Program-made: the position numbers and the translations under genes
Shown: piece by piece, positions 51,863-64,000 of the stretch
Position numbering within the stretch: the stretch's first letter is position 1
Layout of the letters: the number at the start of each line of letters is the position of its first letter
The notes under the pieces: model-generated
Databases searched by the model: none
What the model saw: the letters and a program-made list of their open reading frames with translations, nothing else
Told to the model about the DNA's origin: nothing
Origin: Bugula neritina
Taxonomy: Eukaryota > Animalia > Bryozoa
Length of the DNA stretch: 64,000 nt
Assembly (NCBI GenBank): GCA_964035545.1
Contig: OZ037771.1
Location: forward strand, 14,631,133 to 14,695,132
Direction of reading: 5' to 3'

Positions 51863-53458
51863 GTCTTGGGTGTACCAGAAAAATCATACTAAATACTGCT
51901 TTATTAAAAAATTATCAAAAAACATATGTATTAATGTGGATATTTTTATGTGTCTCGTACTCAGCTGTGACAGATTGAAGACACAATTGCTCGTTCCAAG
52001 TTAGACAAAAGGCCCATGCTCTAGATGCATGTAAAAGCAGTCCATTAGACATGTTTTTTAGCTGCAATGCTCACATATATTCTGTGCAGTTACTGTAGGT
52101 GTGTTACCATCAGGTTATTCACGAGAAGTAGGGGGAGGTAATCTCAGGTAGTTTGTGACAGAGAAACTAAACTTAAAATACTGCAGCCAACATTTTCCAG
52201 TATAACTGCCATTCTTAGAAACTTATTTTGCCCATAAGCAATTTCTATAGGGTAGAATATTTATTGTTACTTAACTACTGACAAAACCACAGACTTTAAT
52301 AAAAAAAATAATAATTTGTTTATCAAAATGTGCAACTTGAATTCGGGTGTTATTTTCTTTTATCAAAGTCACACATTTGTAGTTCTCTCTATTATAGACT
52401 TTACTATTTGGATACTCACTAATGTGAATTATCAGCTATGGGAGTGAAAATGGTACCAAAAACCCATTTTTAACAAAACTCTGAAATAATTCAAGCCCAT
52501 AGCACTTCTCAAATTAAACACTGAGAAGCCAGGGTCTTTATCAGACCGTCCCTTAACCTTGCATGGGTCTCACAGCCACGAATTCCTTCCCTTATAAGTC
52601 TTGAGACTAATGAATGTCCTTCAAACCAGCAATTATTGGTGGAGGTTACATTAATCCTCACATGCTCAATAGACTGAAGATTAATGGAGTGAATAAAATA
52701 CCTCATTTAGTCACAGAATGCACCATTTAAATTGTTAAAACTACAATAATTACTAAATTCACCATCTTAGCATAAGCATGTTATTATGGTGTAAGGACTT
52801 CTAAATTACACATTAATGCTGCATAACCAACTATCAGCTTTAGTTGAATGACATAATAAATCAACCAATTTTAAATGTTGTATGGAGTTAACACTACATG
52901 GTACTTTCTGCTACAGTAGATCACGTAATTGTAACTCACTTATTCTAGGCAATAGTTTATGTGTTGTTATCAATGGATGTCACGAACACAAATATTTAGT
53001 ATTCTGCCTGACCAACTTTAAATTTACTTTCCTTTAGCAACATTTAAATACGAAAATTCGTTAAAAATATATTTAAACTCTAGTTTTCTATTCTCCATGT
53101 ACTAAATTATTATGGTGTAATATAGTTCCAACACAAACTGAGATTTGTACTATTTATTGTCAAAAGGAGACAAAATACAAAAGATAGCAAATAACAATTC
53201 TGTAAAAGTTGGGTAAAACAGTATTAATAGATAAACACCAATACATTAGTATTGATATAATATCAAGATATTAATATCCATACATCAATTGGCAGTTTTA
53301 CTTAAAAGATTCATCATATGATTGCATTAAATGAACGACTCAATATTTATGAGTACAACAAGATCATTTCTCGCCCTCCGGCAGGGAAGAGCCTACAGTT
53401 GTGTGACATCTAATCTCCGCTAATCATCCAAAAACTGAGCAGCACCAGGAAAGGGAAG

Positions 53459-56400
53459 TCATCTCGCCCCACCCACTCTTTCTACACGCTTGAACAGGTG
53501 GCCTGAGGCTTGTATGTGTCTAGCCTTAGAACCAGCGCTAATGGGGAGCAAATGCTCCACAGTTCGGGAGTGCAGGGGAACACCCAACGTGTCGAGGAGG
53601 CTGGCTGACAATGTAGGAATTACAGGCTACAAATAAAACAGCAGAGCAAGATAAAGCCTGAGACTGACAAGTGGAATAGCTAAAAGGTGGGGTGGGGAGC
53701 ATTACACACCAACTATGGCTTCATAAAACATATGGAGGAGAATATACAGAAAATGGTGGACAACTGTAGCCTGCTAGCAGAGCGATGAAATGGGAAAGAC
53801 GATTCCTAAGCCGTTATTGAAGATTATTGACGTTTACATAACAGAGAACCATTATTATCAGGAAACATGTTATTGTCGTAGAACTAGTATTACCAGAGAA
53901 CATGTTATTGTCGTAGAACCAGTATTACCAGAGAACATGTTATTGTCGTAGAACCAGTATTACCAGGGAACATGTTATTGTCGTAGAACTAGTATTACCA
54001 GGGCACAGAGCGCATTGACACTACACTGTGACCGTAATGACTAGCACATTACAGTGAGTTGTGAATAGACTGAGTACCATAGATTATTTACCTGAAGAAG
54101 TATGGAGCATACTCTAAGGTTCTCCATAACCAAGTGTAACACGAGGTGAAGAATGTCTACGTTATCTTTGAGAGTCCAGGGTTTCACTGTGTCAAAGAAG
54201 CCATTAGTACACCTCAGCTGCGTCAGGATGCAGTCCACCCCCTTGTAGAACTTGAAGTTGTTGTAGTGCTCTGCTACCTTCTCTGAAAGTATTCCAAAGG
54301 TATACCACCATTGCATTGGAGTTGCTTTACCATTTTAACTCTTTACATAGCTAGATTTTCAACTACTATAAAATCAATATAGAATTTGTGCAAATATAAT
54401 TTAATATGAAAAATTTAACCTGGTTGACATTAGAAAATGTTATTTTTTATAAATTAACTCAACAAAATATTGGAGTTGGGTCCCCTTCAAGCTACGGCTC
54501 AATAACAGAGACTTTAGAGTGACTTGTAGGCTAAAAAACACTAGGTTTAATTCAAAACTGTAGTTTTCAACAATACAAGCCGCCTGCAGTAAATTGACCC
54601 AATAGTAAACGAAGAGAAAGCACACCGTGCTAAGCTGGTGGACATACAAACTGTAGCCCAGGGAAAGGCAACTCTTGAATATCAAAACCCAGCAACAGAC
54701 GAACCTGGTAAAGAATTTAGACTGTCCATCAACTCCTTCCACTCCTCTGTGGCGGCGGACTCGAATACCCCTTCATTGAAGGGCGGGTAGAGTTGAGAGC
54801 TATTTATAGACTTAGAGGTGCATCTGCTGAGTAGGTTAGCCAGGGTGTTGCACAGTTCAGAGTTGAGATAGTCCACCATCTTCCCCTCACTAAAGTCTGG
54901 CAACATAAATATTTAAATTATACCATTTAACATTAGTGCAATTGCCCAGTAACTTCAACAACGGATGCTAGTGAAGCCTTCTGTGATGTACTATAGGGAT
55001 AACCACTATAATTTCAATATTCCTGGTTTTTATTGTTATTACTTTAAAGAATAATATATTTTAATACTATGCCAATCGAATTTTATCATATTTAAATTAC
55101 AAAGCACATGAAGAAATAGCGGCCCACTTGGTTAGTCCTTAGCGAGATCAGGAGGAGTATTCATAGTGAGTAATATTCAGTCAGTAATATTTATAGTGAG
55201 TAGTATTCAGTCAGTAATATTCATAGTGAGTAGTATTCAGTCAGTAATATTCATAGTCAGTAATATTCATAGTGAGTAATATTCATAGTGAGTAATATTC
55301 AGTCAGTAATATTCAGTCAGTAATATTCAGTCAGTGATATTCATAGTGAGTAGTATTCAGTCAGTAATATTCATAGTGAGTATTATTCAGTCAGTAATAT
55401 TCATAGTGAGTATTATTCAGTCAGTAATATTCATAGTGAGTAGTATTCAGTCAGTCATATTCATAGTGAATAATATTCATAACATATTATAAGTTGTTGT
55501 ATTATTTGGCAGAAGGTTGTAATAAAAATTATTTTGATAAAAATTTGTTTCAACGTGCAAATAGTGCCAAACTGAGGACTAAGTACTGCCGTACTGTAGT
55601 AAGTTGGCTGCCGAAAGCTGTTCTTTGAGTCACCAGTGTTACTATTTCCGGTAACTGAAATGCTTAGAAAAACAAACAAACCAGCAATTGGCAGATATTC
55701 AATAAAATAATAAACGCTTCTATTGAACATTTCCTAGCACGCAGTAGAATGTTTGTTTTCATCATGTTTTAAAGTTAAATCGAACATATTTTACATTCAA
55801 TTCCTAAAAAGCATGAAAAAAGCGTCATACTGACATGAAATATTATCTCAGCACGTCACAGGAAACACCAACACTGCGTCGCGCCACACTAGAACATTCA
55901 GTACCATCTACATAGTTGGGTGGATTATTAGAAGCATCTCAGGAAATGTGAAATTGCGTGAAAATAGTTGCACCTGATTATGAAATGATTTAGAAATTAT
56001 CTCTCTAAATCAACTAGCATATAGCATTGTTGGTTAGTATTTCAACCATACTTCCATCTTTGCCGAGCACACCCTCTCTAAGAAGGAAGTATCGGAGTCC
56101 GTCTGCAGTGTAACGATCTCTAAGACTCATGGGGTCTACGACATTGCCTACACTCTTAGACATCTTTGCATTGTCAACCAGCCAATGGGAGTGGCAGATG
56201 ATGGACTTGGGTAAAGGCAGGTCAGCAGCTAGGAGGAATGCCGGCCAGTAGATAGCGTGGAATCTGATGATATTCAATAAACAAAAAGTATAATCCACAG
56301 AAAGCAAAAACAGCACAAGTATTACCCAAAAATTGACATAATAACAGGAAAACAGTTAAAGCAACTGACAAAAAACAACTTCAAGAATCTGTCAGTATGG

Positions 56401-59400
56401 AATAGTCGAAACCAGTCTTAATGAAAGACTCACTTTAGTATATCTTTTCCTACAATGTGAGAATCTATAGGCCAGTCTTGTAAAGAGTCTGGATAACCAA
56501 ATGCTGTGAGATAATTGACGAGGGCATCCACCCATACGTATATCTGTTAACATATTATACATTGTCTATACAGTGTCTATACAGTGGCTATACAGTGCCT
56601 ATACAATGTATATACACTGTCTATACAGTGTATATACATTGTCTATACAGTGTCTATACAGTGTCTACACAATTGAACTATAGGATGTAATACAACATAA
56701 TATAACAGATCGGCAATGCTTTATACAAGGTTTACACAATATCATATAGACAGTAGCTAGCACGTTGTCCGGATGCTATAAATATATCTCAAGCAACAAT
56801 TTATATGCACCAATACAATATATGCGCAATAAATTTGTAAATGTTACACACAGCTCAATATAATGCCAATGTGCAGATACAATGAGAACTTTACCAAACA
56901 GCGTAGGCTTAGCCCTAAATCTCACCGTTTGACTAGAATCATTTGGTACAGGGATTCCCCAGCCAACCCGACTGCTCGGCCTTGAGATTGACAGGTCACC
57001 GAGGCTATCCAGATACGGGTCAACGAGAGACATGAACGACGTGGGGTAGACGACTACAAACATATCTAGCATGATGAGACGCACTCGTGGGTATCAGACA
57101 AAACTACAACCCTGACTTGACTAGGGCATCAAGTAAGGACACGTATGCACTGGTAGTTATTTCTGTGGCTGGGAGTTGTGTGCTCACAAGTGATATATAA
57201 CATATGTCTGTTGCTAGGTAACAATACAGTAAACAATGTTTTGCTACCCACCACTGCCGCTGTGCCATCTGTACAGTTTGTCTTTAAACTTGTGGAGAGG
57301 AAAGAGATAGTTTTCTTCTTCTATGACCTCACAGGGCTGTCCACTTTCAGCTGACGTCTGCAAACATACCATAAAAGTATATGTAGGTATCAGCTAGTAT
57401 ATGCAGGTGTCAGCTAGTATATGTAGGTATCAGTTAGTATATGTAGGTATCAGTTAGTATATTTAGATATCAGTTAGTATATGTAGGTATCAGTTAGTAT
57501 ATTTAGATATCAGTTAGTATATGCAGGTATCAGTTAGTATATTACGAATTACCACAGATATATTGCCACTGTCGTCTTTCGCTTTCACCACCTGTGAGTC
57601 AGAGAGGAAAGTTTCATCATTAGCACAGTACCAGCCTCGGTAGTATCCTTTGAATGTGTGTTCAGATATTCTATTCTGTGTGAACAAACACCAGTATATA
57701 TAGTTAGACTAAACATGTATATATCTACACTAAACATGTATATATCTACACTAAACATGTATAAATCTACACTAAACATGTATATATCTACACTAAACAT
57801 GTATATATCTACACTAAACATGTATATATCTACACTCAACATGTATATATCTACACTAAACATGTATATATCTACACTAAACATGTATATATCTACACTA
57901 AACATGTATATATCTACACTAAATATGTATATATCTACACTAAACATGTATATATCTACACTAAACATGTATAGATCTACACTAAACATGTATAAATCTA
58001 CACTAAACATGTATATATCTACACTAGACATGTATATATCTACACTAGACATGTATATATCTACACTAGACATGTATATATCTACACTAAACATGTATAT
58101 ATCTACACTAAACGTGTATATATCTACACTAAATATGTATATATCTACACTAAACATGTATATAGTTAGACTAAACATGTATATATCTACACTAAACATG
58201 TATATATCTACACTAAACATGTATATATCTACACTAAACATGTATATATCTACACTAAATATGTATATATCTACACTTAACATGTATATATCTACACTAG
58301 ACGTGTATATATCTACACTAGACGTGTATATATCTACACTAAATATGTATATACTTACACTAAACGTGTGTATCTATACTAAACATATATATTTCTAGAC
58401 TAAATAAACTTTTGTTTAGTTTAGTTGCAGCCCCTGCAAAAACCTAGGGATGAAAGCTTGAAAACAGTGCAGTTTTGAGTTGATACTATTTTAATACCTC
58501 TAGAACCCTTGAACAGCATGACTCATGTTAGACTTAAAACCTGAAGATCTGACATATTGCTTTCCTGTTACATAATAAATGAATAGGAAAATAAGTGAAG
58601 CAAAAACCTACCCAGAAATGTGTGACTGCATTCTTATGATTGTCATCAGTGGTTCTGATGTAGTCAGTGTATCGGATTCCAAAGGCAGCAAACAACTCCT
58701 AAAATAAATAAAACTCACGCAAGTTTATAGTCACCATCCCTGTGAGAACCCCCTGATGAAAAAGGGTTTTTGCTAGAACGGGCTAAGGACTTGTTTAAAT
58801 GAGGCACAGGAGCAATTATGACTGGATGCTCTTCCTAACATCACCAATGGCCTTTGTCGGGGTTCGAACCCACAACTTCGTGTTCACAAAGCAAACGCTT
58901 TAACCCCTAGACCATGGCTGCTCCCTTAACTCCTAAAATAAATGTTGAACATAAATAACCTGTATCAAAGGAAACTCACATTTATTTCAAAACTCACTAT
59001 ATCAGTGAAGTTCTGTGATAATAATAAAGGAAAGCAACAAAACTTGAAAGCTTTACTCTGGCACAAGAACTCTTTATGAGTGGAGCGAGTTTGATCAAGT
59101 CTCAGTCACTTCTTTCATGAAAATCAGACATTAGTGTACCAATACTGTACAGTTGTGAGGTAAATGGTAAATAAACACATAAAAACGATAAAGAAACAAT
59201 TTACAAAGCTGTAACTAAGCATAAGTATTTAAGTTGGATGTACAATATCGAATTAATTGCAAGAAAACAATGGTTGGGTACTTGGTTATTATAGAACTGT
59301 AGAAGTACTTGGTTGTTATAGAACTCCAGAGCTAATTGGTTGTTTACAGATAATGACCTGGTATTTGGTAGTGACACTGTTACAGAATTCTAGAGGTGAT

Positions 59401-60771
59401 TGATTGCTAAGATCTGCAGCTCTTTGTATTTTAATACCGTGCTCATCAGTACCAGTTACAAACTTTACTTCATGCCCATTCAGCTCCTTCCATCTGCAGG
59501 AAGCATCTGCCAGAAGAGCTGTGTAGAGGTGGCCGATGTGAGGAGCTAAACATAGATTCAATATAAGGTCAGTATGTATGTACTGGCAATTATTCCATCC
59601 TTTAAACTATCATTCACAGGGAGTGGGGATTAACACTGTGCAATGAAATGAATTAAAATGAAAACTTTTACTATTGATGTGAAATTGCAAAATAATCAGA
59701 GTGGCTTTGTGTACAAGTAACAACATAAGGGTTTGAACTGTATATCTAAATTATTAATAGATGATCGTATCATACAGTTTAGTCAATTATAAACAACATG
59801 TTATGTTATAGCTAGTGATGAATGCAAGTGCATTAGACCTATTAATTATTTGTAGATTTAAAAGTCGAGTATAAACTATAGCAAAACATAATGAAAATTG
59901 AAATTAATTACTCAAACTGATGAGCAAATTAAACTCACTCCTGAATACAGCTCAAAAAGCTTTGAGTTTATCTACAACATCTGAAACTTTGCTCAAAGTC
60001 TAACCAATATTTTAATGTTTTTTAATTCAATAGCTTTTCAACAAAAAGTATTTGAAGTAGGATAAATATACATGTTAAAATCATGAATTTATAATTATTA
60101 CTATATCAATAGTAATTAGTAATTGATACTCCTATTGATACTGCTATTGGTATTATTATTACTATTAGTAACAGTATAAGCATTAGTATTATTATTAGTA
60201 TTACTAGTACTAGTAGAGTACTAGTACTAGTAGTCTAGTACTTATGCTAAAATAAAAACTAGAAGCACTAGCAAATTCCAATATTGAAAAAAATGAAACT
60301 ATTTTTCTTAAGCTTTCACTAATATGAACTTTTAAATTTTAGTATCAAACTCAAGATAAAATTCAAATTGACTACAGGTAGACTGAAGTACAAGTACAAG
60401 TAGTAGTACAAGTTGAATTAGGTACAATTATAATAATAATATAACTCGAAAAGTAAAACTATAAGTCTTAATATTATGCAAATTAAAATACGCTTAGTCT
60501 TGCAGTTATAACTTATAGTTATAAGTTAAACTTGAAGTTGAAGTTATGGGCAATTTTATTAAAGTTACTAACCGGCATTAACATAAAATATAGGGGTTGA
60601 ATTCGAATGCAATAACTTCACGCTATGACTATGATTGAATTTAAAAATATTTCCGTTGTGCACTAAAGACAAAGTAACTGTTGGGACATTTAAAAATGCT
60701 CTGCTACCAAATTTCCCTCTTTGACTACATGTTGATATTGATCTCAGTGGGAATTTTTTCAACGCTACCAT
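53459..60771 (-). CDS. MARS2: Methionine--tRNA ligase, mitochondrial (~567 aa). Exons 60771-60573, 59545-59358, 58698-58612, 57675-57553, 57357-57252, 57053-56926, 56543-56434, 56263-56052, 54896-54705, 54282-54092, 53626-53459
   Basis: [16 protein letters not shown] (HIGH), [32 protein letters not shown]...[39 protein letters not shown]; basic N-terminal transit-like peptide; all GT-AG, 1704 nt in frame. Confidence 0.96.
53864..54003. repeat. 35-bp minisatellite, 4 copies (MARS2 intron 10)
   Basis: AACATGTTATTGTCGTAGAA at 53864, 53899, 53934, 53969. Confidence 0.95.
55156..55481. repeat. Minisatellite of alternating 16- and 14-bp units (MARS2 intron 8)
   Basis: AGTAATATTCATAGTG / AGTAATATTCAGTC units. 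Confidence 0.93.
56560..56668. repeat. 11-bp tandem repeat CAGTGTCTATA (MARS2 intron 6)
   Basis: Visible tandem units. Confidence 0.9.
57377..57542. repeat. 20-bp tandem repeat TATCAGTTAGTATATGTAGG filling MARS2 intron 4
   Basis: Visible tandem units. Confidence 0.93.
57695..58390. repeat. 21-bp minisatellite (CTAAACATGTATATATCTACA), about 33 copies (MARS2 intron 3)
   Basis: Visible tandem units; explains the repetitive ORFs on both strands. Confidence 0.97.
58710..58927 (-). mobile_element. Full-length tRNA-derived SINE with 16-bp TSD at the MARS2 exon 3 acceptor
   Basis: A-box TGGTCTAGGGG, B-box GGTTCGAACCC; TSD AACTCCTAAAATAAAT at 58694-58709 and 58928-58943. Confidence 0.92.
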
Positions 60772-61102
60772 GATTGCTCAAGTTTGTGCCTGGGTTTATA
60801 TTTTCATGTTTTTATACTATTTAAAACAATAAGTTCACATAGCTACTGGCTAAAAATATCTTATTACTAAAAAAACGAAGGCTATTTTAGTTATTATTAT
60901 AGTAACGGGTCCAATATACGACTTATCATAAAATAATATAACTACTTCTATTGGTTAAATGTAGTTTATTCGATCACTCTGATTCGCGGTAGAGAAACAT
61001 GATATATATATATATACTTTTGGGGTAGAAACACACGTGATCAAAGTGGTATAATTATTATGTACCCTTTAACCTTTTGCACGTGATCAAGCTTACATGA
61101 CT

Positions 61103-61536
61103 CAGTGTGGTATATTAAGAGTGTTGACTTTAAACCATGAAAAATCATTATGTCGCTAATGGTACCGCGAGTTTATATAAGTTATAAAGGAAAAATTTTG
61201 CCACTTTTGTGATTTTATTTTTTTTTCTATATTATGTGTGCATTTTTTTTAGTTTTGTTTATTGGTAAAGTTTTTAAACATATTTTCAATACATATAAAA
61301 TTTAAAAAAAATTTAAAACTTAATCATGCACGTAAATACAAAGCTATAAAGTTTAAGCTTCGCTGTGATTACAATGTGAATATGAATTGAATAATGCTTG
61401 CAATAACCATTTTACACAAAATACGTTACAGTTGCTATAAATGTAAGACTAGTAAATTGGATGCAAATAGGCACGGTAATACTATTTAATTTATGCTATT
61501 TTTGAAATTTGTAGTAAATATTCGGCATGTATTATA

Positions 61537-61582
<46 letters not shown>

Positions 61583-62078
61583 CATATATATATATATATA
61601 TTATAATAATATATTATATATTTTTATATTATATATATATTATATAAGTATAATAATATTATATATAATATATATATTATAATAATATATTATATAATAT
61701 AATATATTATTATATTATATACTATATTATATATATATATTATATATATTAAATATATAATATCATATGAAATATATTATTATATTATACTATTTATAAT
61801 ATAAATATATTATAATAAAATATTATATATTATTATATATTATATTATATTATATATATATTATACAAGTATAATAATATTATATATAATATATATATAT
61901 TATAATAATATATTATATATTATTATATTAGATATTATATTATATATATATTATATATATAATATCATATATAATATATTATTATATTATATATTATATT
62001 ATATATGATATATATATATATATATTATAATAATATATTATACATTAATATATTATATATTATATATATAATAATATC

Positions 62079-62133
<55 letters not shown>

Positions 62134-62441
62134 ATTATATTATATATTATATTATATATATATTATATATATATATATATATATAATAATATCATATATA
62201 ATATATAAAATATATTATTATATTATATATTATATTATATATATAATAATATCATATATAATATATTATTATATTATATATTAAATTATATACATTATAT
62301 ATATAATGATATTATATATAATATATATATATATATACATATAATAATATTATATATTATATATATAATGATATTATATATAATATATATGTACATATAA
62401 TAATATTATATATTATATATATATAATAATATATATATAAA

Positions 62442-62533
<92 letters not shown>

Positions 62534-62568
62534 GAACACACTACATTATATTATTATTATATATATAT

Positions 62569-62611
<43 letters not shown>

Positions 62612-62654
62612 ATATATTATTATATATATAATAATAATATAATGTAGTGTGTTC

Positions 62655-62742
<88 letters not shown>

Positions 62743-62775
62743 GAACACACTACATTATATTATTATTATATGTAT

Positions 62776-62812
<37 letters not shown>

Positions 62813-62869
62813 TATTATATATTATTATATATTATTATATATATAATAATAATATAATGTAGTGTGTTC

Positions 62870-62913
<44 letters not shown>

Positions 62914-62965
62914 GAACACACTACATTATATTATTATTATATATATAATAATATATAATAATAAT

Positions 62966-63005
<40 letters not shown>

Positions 63006-63448
63006 ATACATGCAAAATATTTACTACAAAATTCAAAAATAGCATAAATTAAATAGTATTACCGTGCCTATTTGCATCCAATTTACTAGTCTTACATTTA
63101 TAGCAACTGTAACGTATTTTGTGTATAATGGTTATTGCAAGCATTATTCAATTCATATTCACATTGTAATCACAGCGAAGCTTTAACTTTATAGCTTTGT
63201 ATTTATGTGCATGATTGAGTTTTAATTTTTTTTTAATTTTATATGCATTAAAAATGTGTTTAAAAACTTTACCAATAAACAAAATTTAAAAAAATGTACA
63301 CATAAAATAGAAAAAAAATAAAATAACAAAAGTGGCAAAATTTTTCCTTTATAACTTATATAAACTCGCGGTACCAATCTCGGCATAATGGCGCCCATAT
63401 GATTCCGTAAGATTTGCTAATGGCAACACTCTTAAATATACCACACTG
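61103..63448. mobile_element. Non-autonomous foldback DNA transposon with ~430-bp inverted arms and a TA-rich core (hAT-like by TSD and termini)
   Basis: Termini CAGTGTGGTATATT..AAGAGTGTTG / CAACACTCTTAAATATACCACACTG; perfect 8-bp TSD ACATGACT (61095-61102, 63449-63456); ~61103-61530 is the reverse complement of ~63007-63448. Confidence 0.93.
61531..63006. repeat. ~1.5-kb TA/TAT low-complexity core with internal inverted units
   Basis: Directly visible; accounts for the YIYI ORFs. Confidence 0.95.
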
Positions 63449-63525
63449 ACATGACTACACTACAGCTTACTCAAGTTGATTTTCCGTTCAGCTTGAACAT
63501 AGCTCTGCAACTTCTCAAAACATAT

Positions 63526-63531
63526 ATGCCG
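63526..63531 (+). CDS. Possible first coding micro-exon (ATG CCG | GTGAGT) of a gene divergent from MARS2
   Basis: ATG followed by a consensus donor CCG|GTGAGT; the rest would lie outside the window. Confidence 0.25.
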
Positions 63532-64000
63532 GTGAGTGACACATTTGCAATAAATAATAATTATATTCAGAAATAAATAAGCTTTTACTTTTGACAACTT
63601 GAAGTTACTTTAAATCGAGTTTTATTTGCCTTTGGTGTTCGCTGAAAACAACACTCACAGTCTGAGTCAGTGTCAGTCACACCAAACACTGAAACAGTAA
63701 AACTAGAAGCATTTTTTTAAATTGAAATTTTTAACGCTGCTCTAACCACTACCATTCACGGTTTATTTAATTCAATAATTTTGTATTTTATTATTAATCA
63801 CCATAGCTCTATCAGCAGATGTAAACTGACTGATGCAATAACTATAACTATATTCATATTGATATTGATATTGCATTGTCATCATGATTATGCCTGAAAC
63901 TAGAGTAGTACTAAAAGTAGCACTAAAAGTAGCTTTAAATAAGAGTTTAAGTTATAGCCACACCAACTCTGAACACAGGCTTTATAGTTTACTATAATAA

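Noticed and set aside
51674-52004. Cys/Val-rich ORFs
   Set aside because: Degenerate (TG)n repeat.
53864-54003. 35-bp repeats as a CRISPR array
   Set aside because: Head-to-tail units without unique spacers, in a eukaryotic intron, no cas genes.
57585-58398. 232-aa and 246-aa repetitive ORFs on both strands
   Set aside because: Stop-free 21-bp minisatellite inside MARS2 intron 3; no independent gene signals.
62005-63052. YIYI-type ORFs
   Set aside because: TA low-complexity core of the foldback element.

Overview
AT-rich, intron-containing eukaryotic (invertebrate animal-like) genomic DNA; no prokaryotic features and no CRISPR. The left ~41 kb is a dynamic, duplicated cluster of genes for secreted proteins: (i) four intact paralogous 7-exon genes (121-4257, 5563-9065, 21429-25482, 32515-36270, + strand) encoding signal peptide + NHL-like beta-propeller (in one ~860-nt exon) + a Cys-containing C-terminal module; (ii) a pentraxin-domain gene (- strand) whose ancestral PAN/apple exon is cut off by an 8-bp frameshifting duplication and interrupted by a hAT-type element, plus two broken pentraxin copies (one inverted); (iii) a Gly/Leu/Ala-rich prepropeptide gene built from small phase-1 exons (37763-40705, -) and a 5'-truncated copy. 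A ~10-11 kb tandem duplication has its junction at ~28453, joining exons of two unrelated genes. The right part holds an SLC16/MCT transporter (42169-46797, -; one GC-AG intron), mitochondrial methionyl-tRNA synthetase (MARS2, 53459-60771, -; minisatellite-rich introns and a SINE that duplicated a splice acceptor) and a 2.3-kb foldback element with an 8-bp TSD upstream of MARS2. All exon models were built by hand from splice signals, frame continuity and paralog comparison; no database searches were run.
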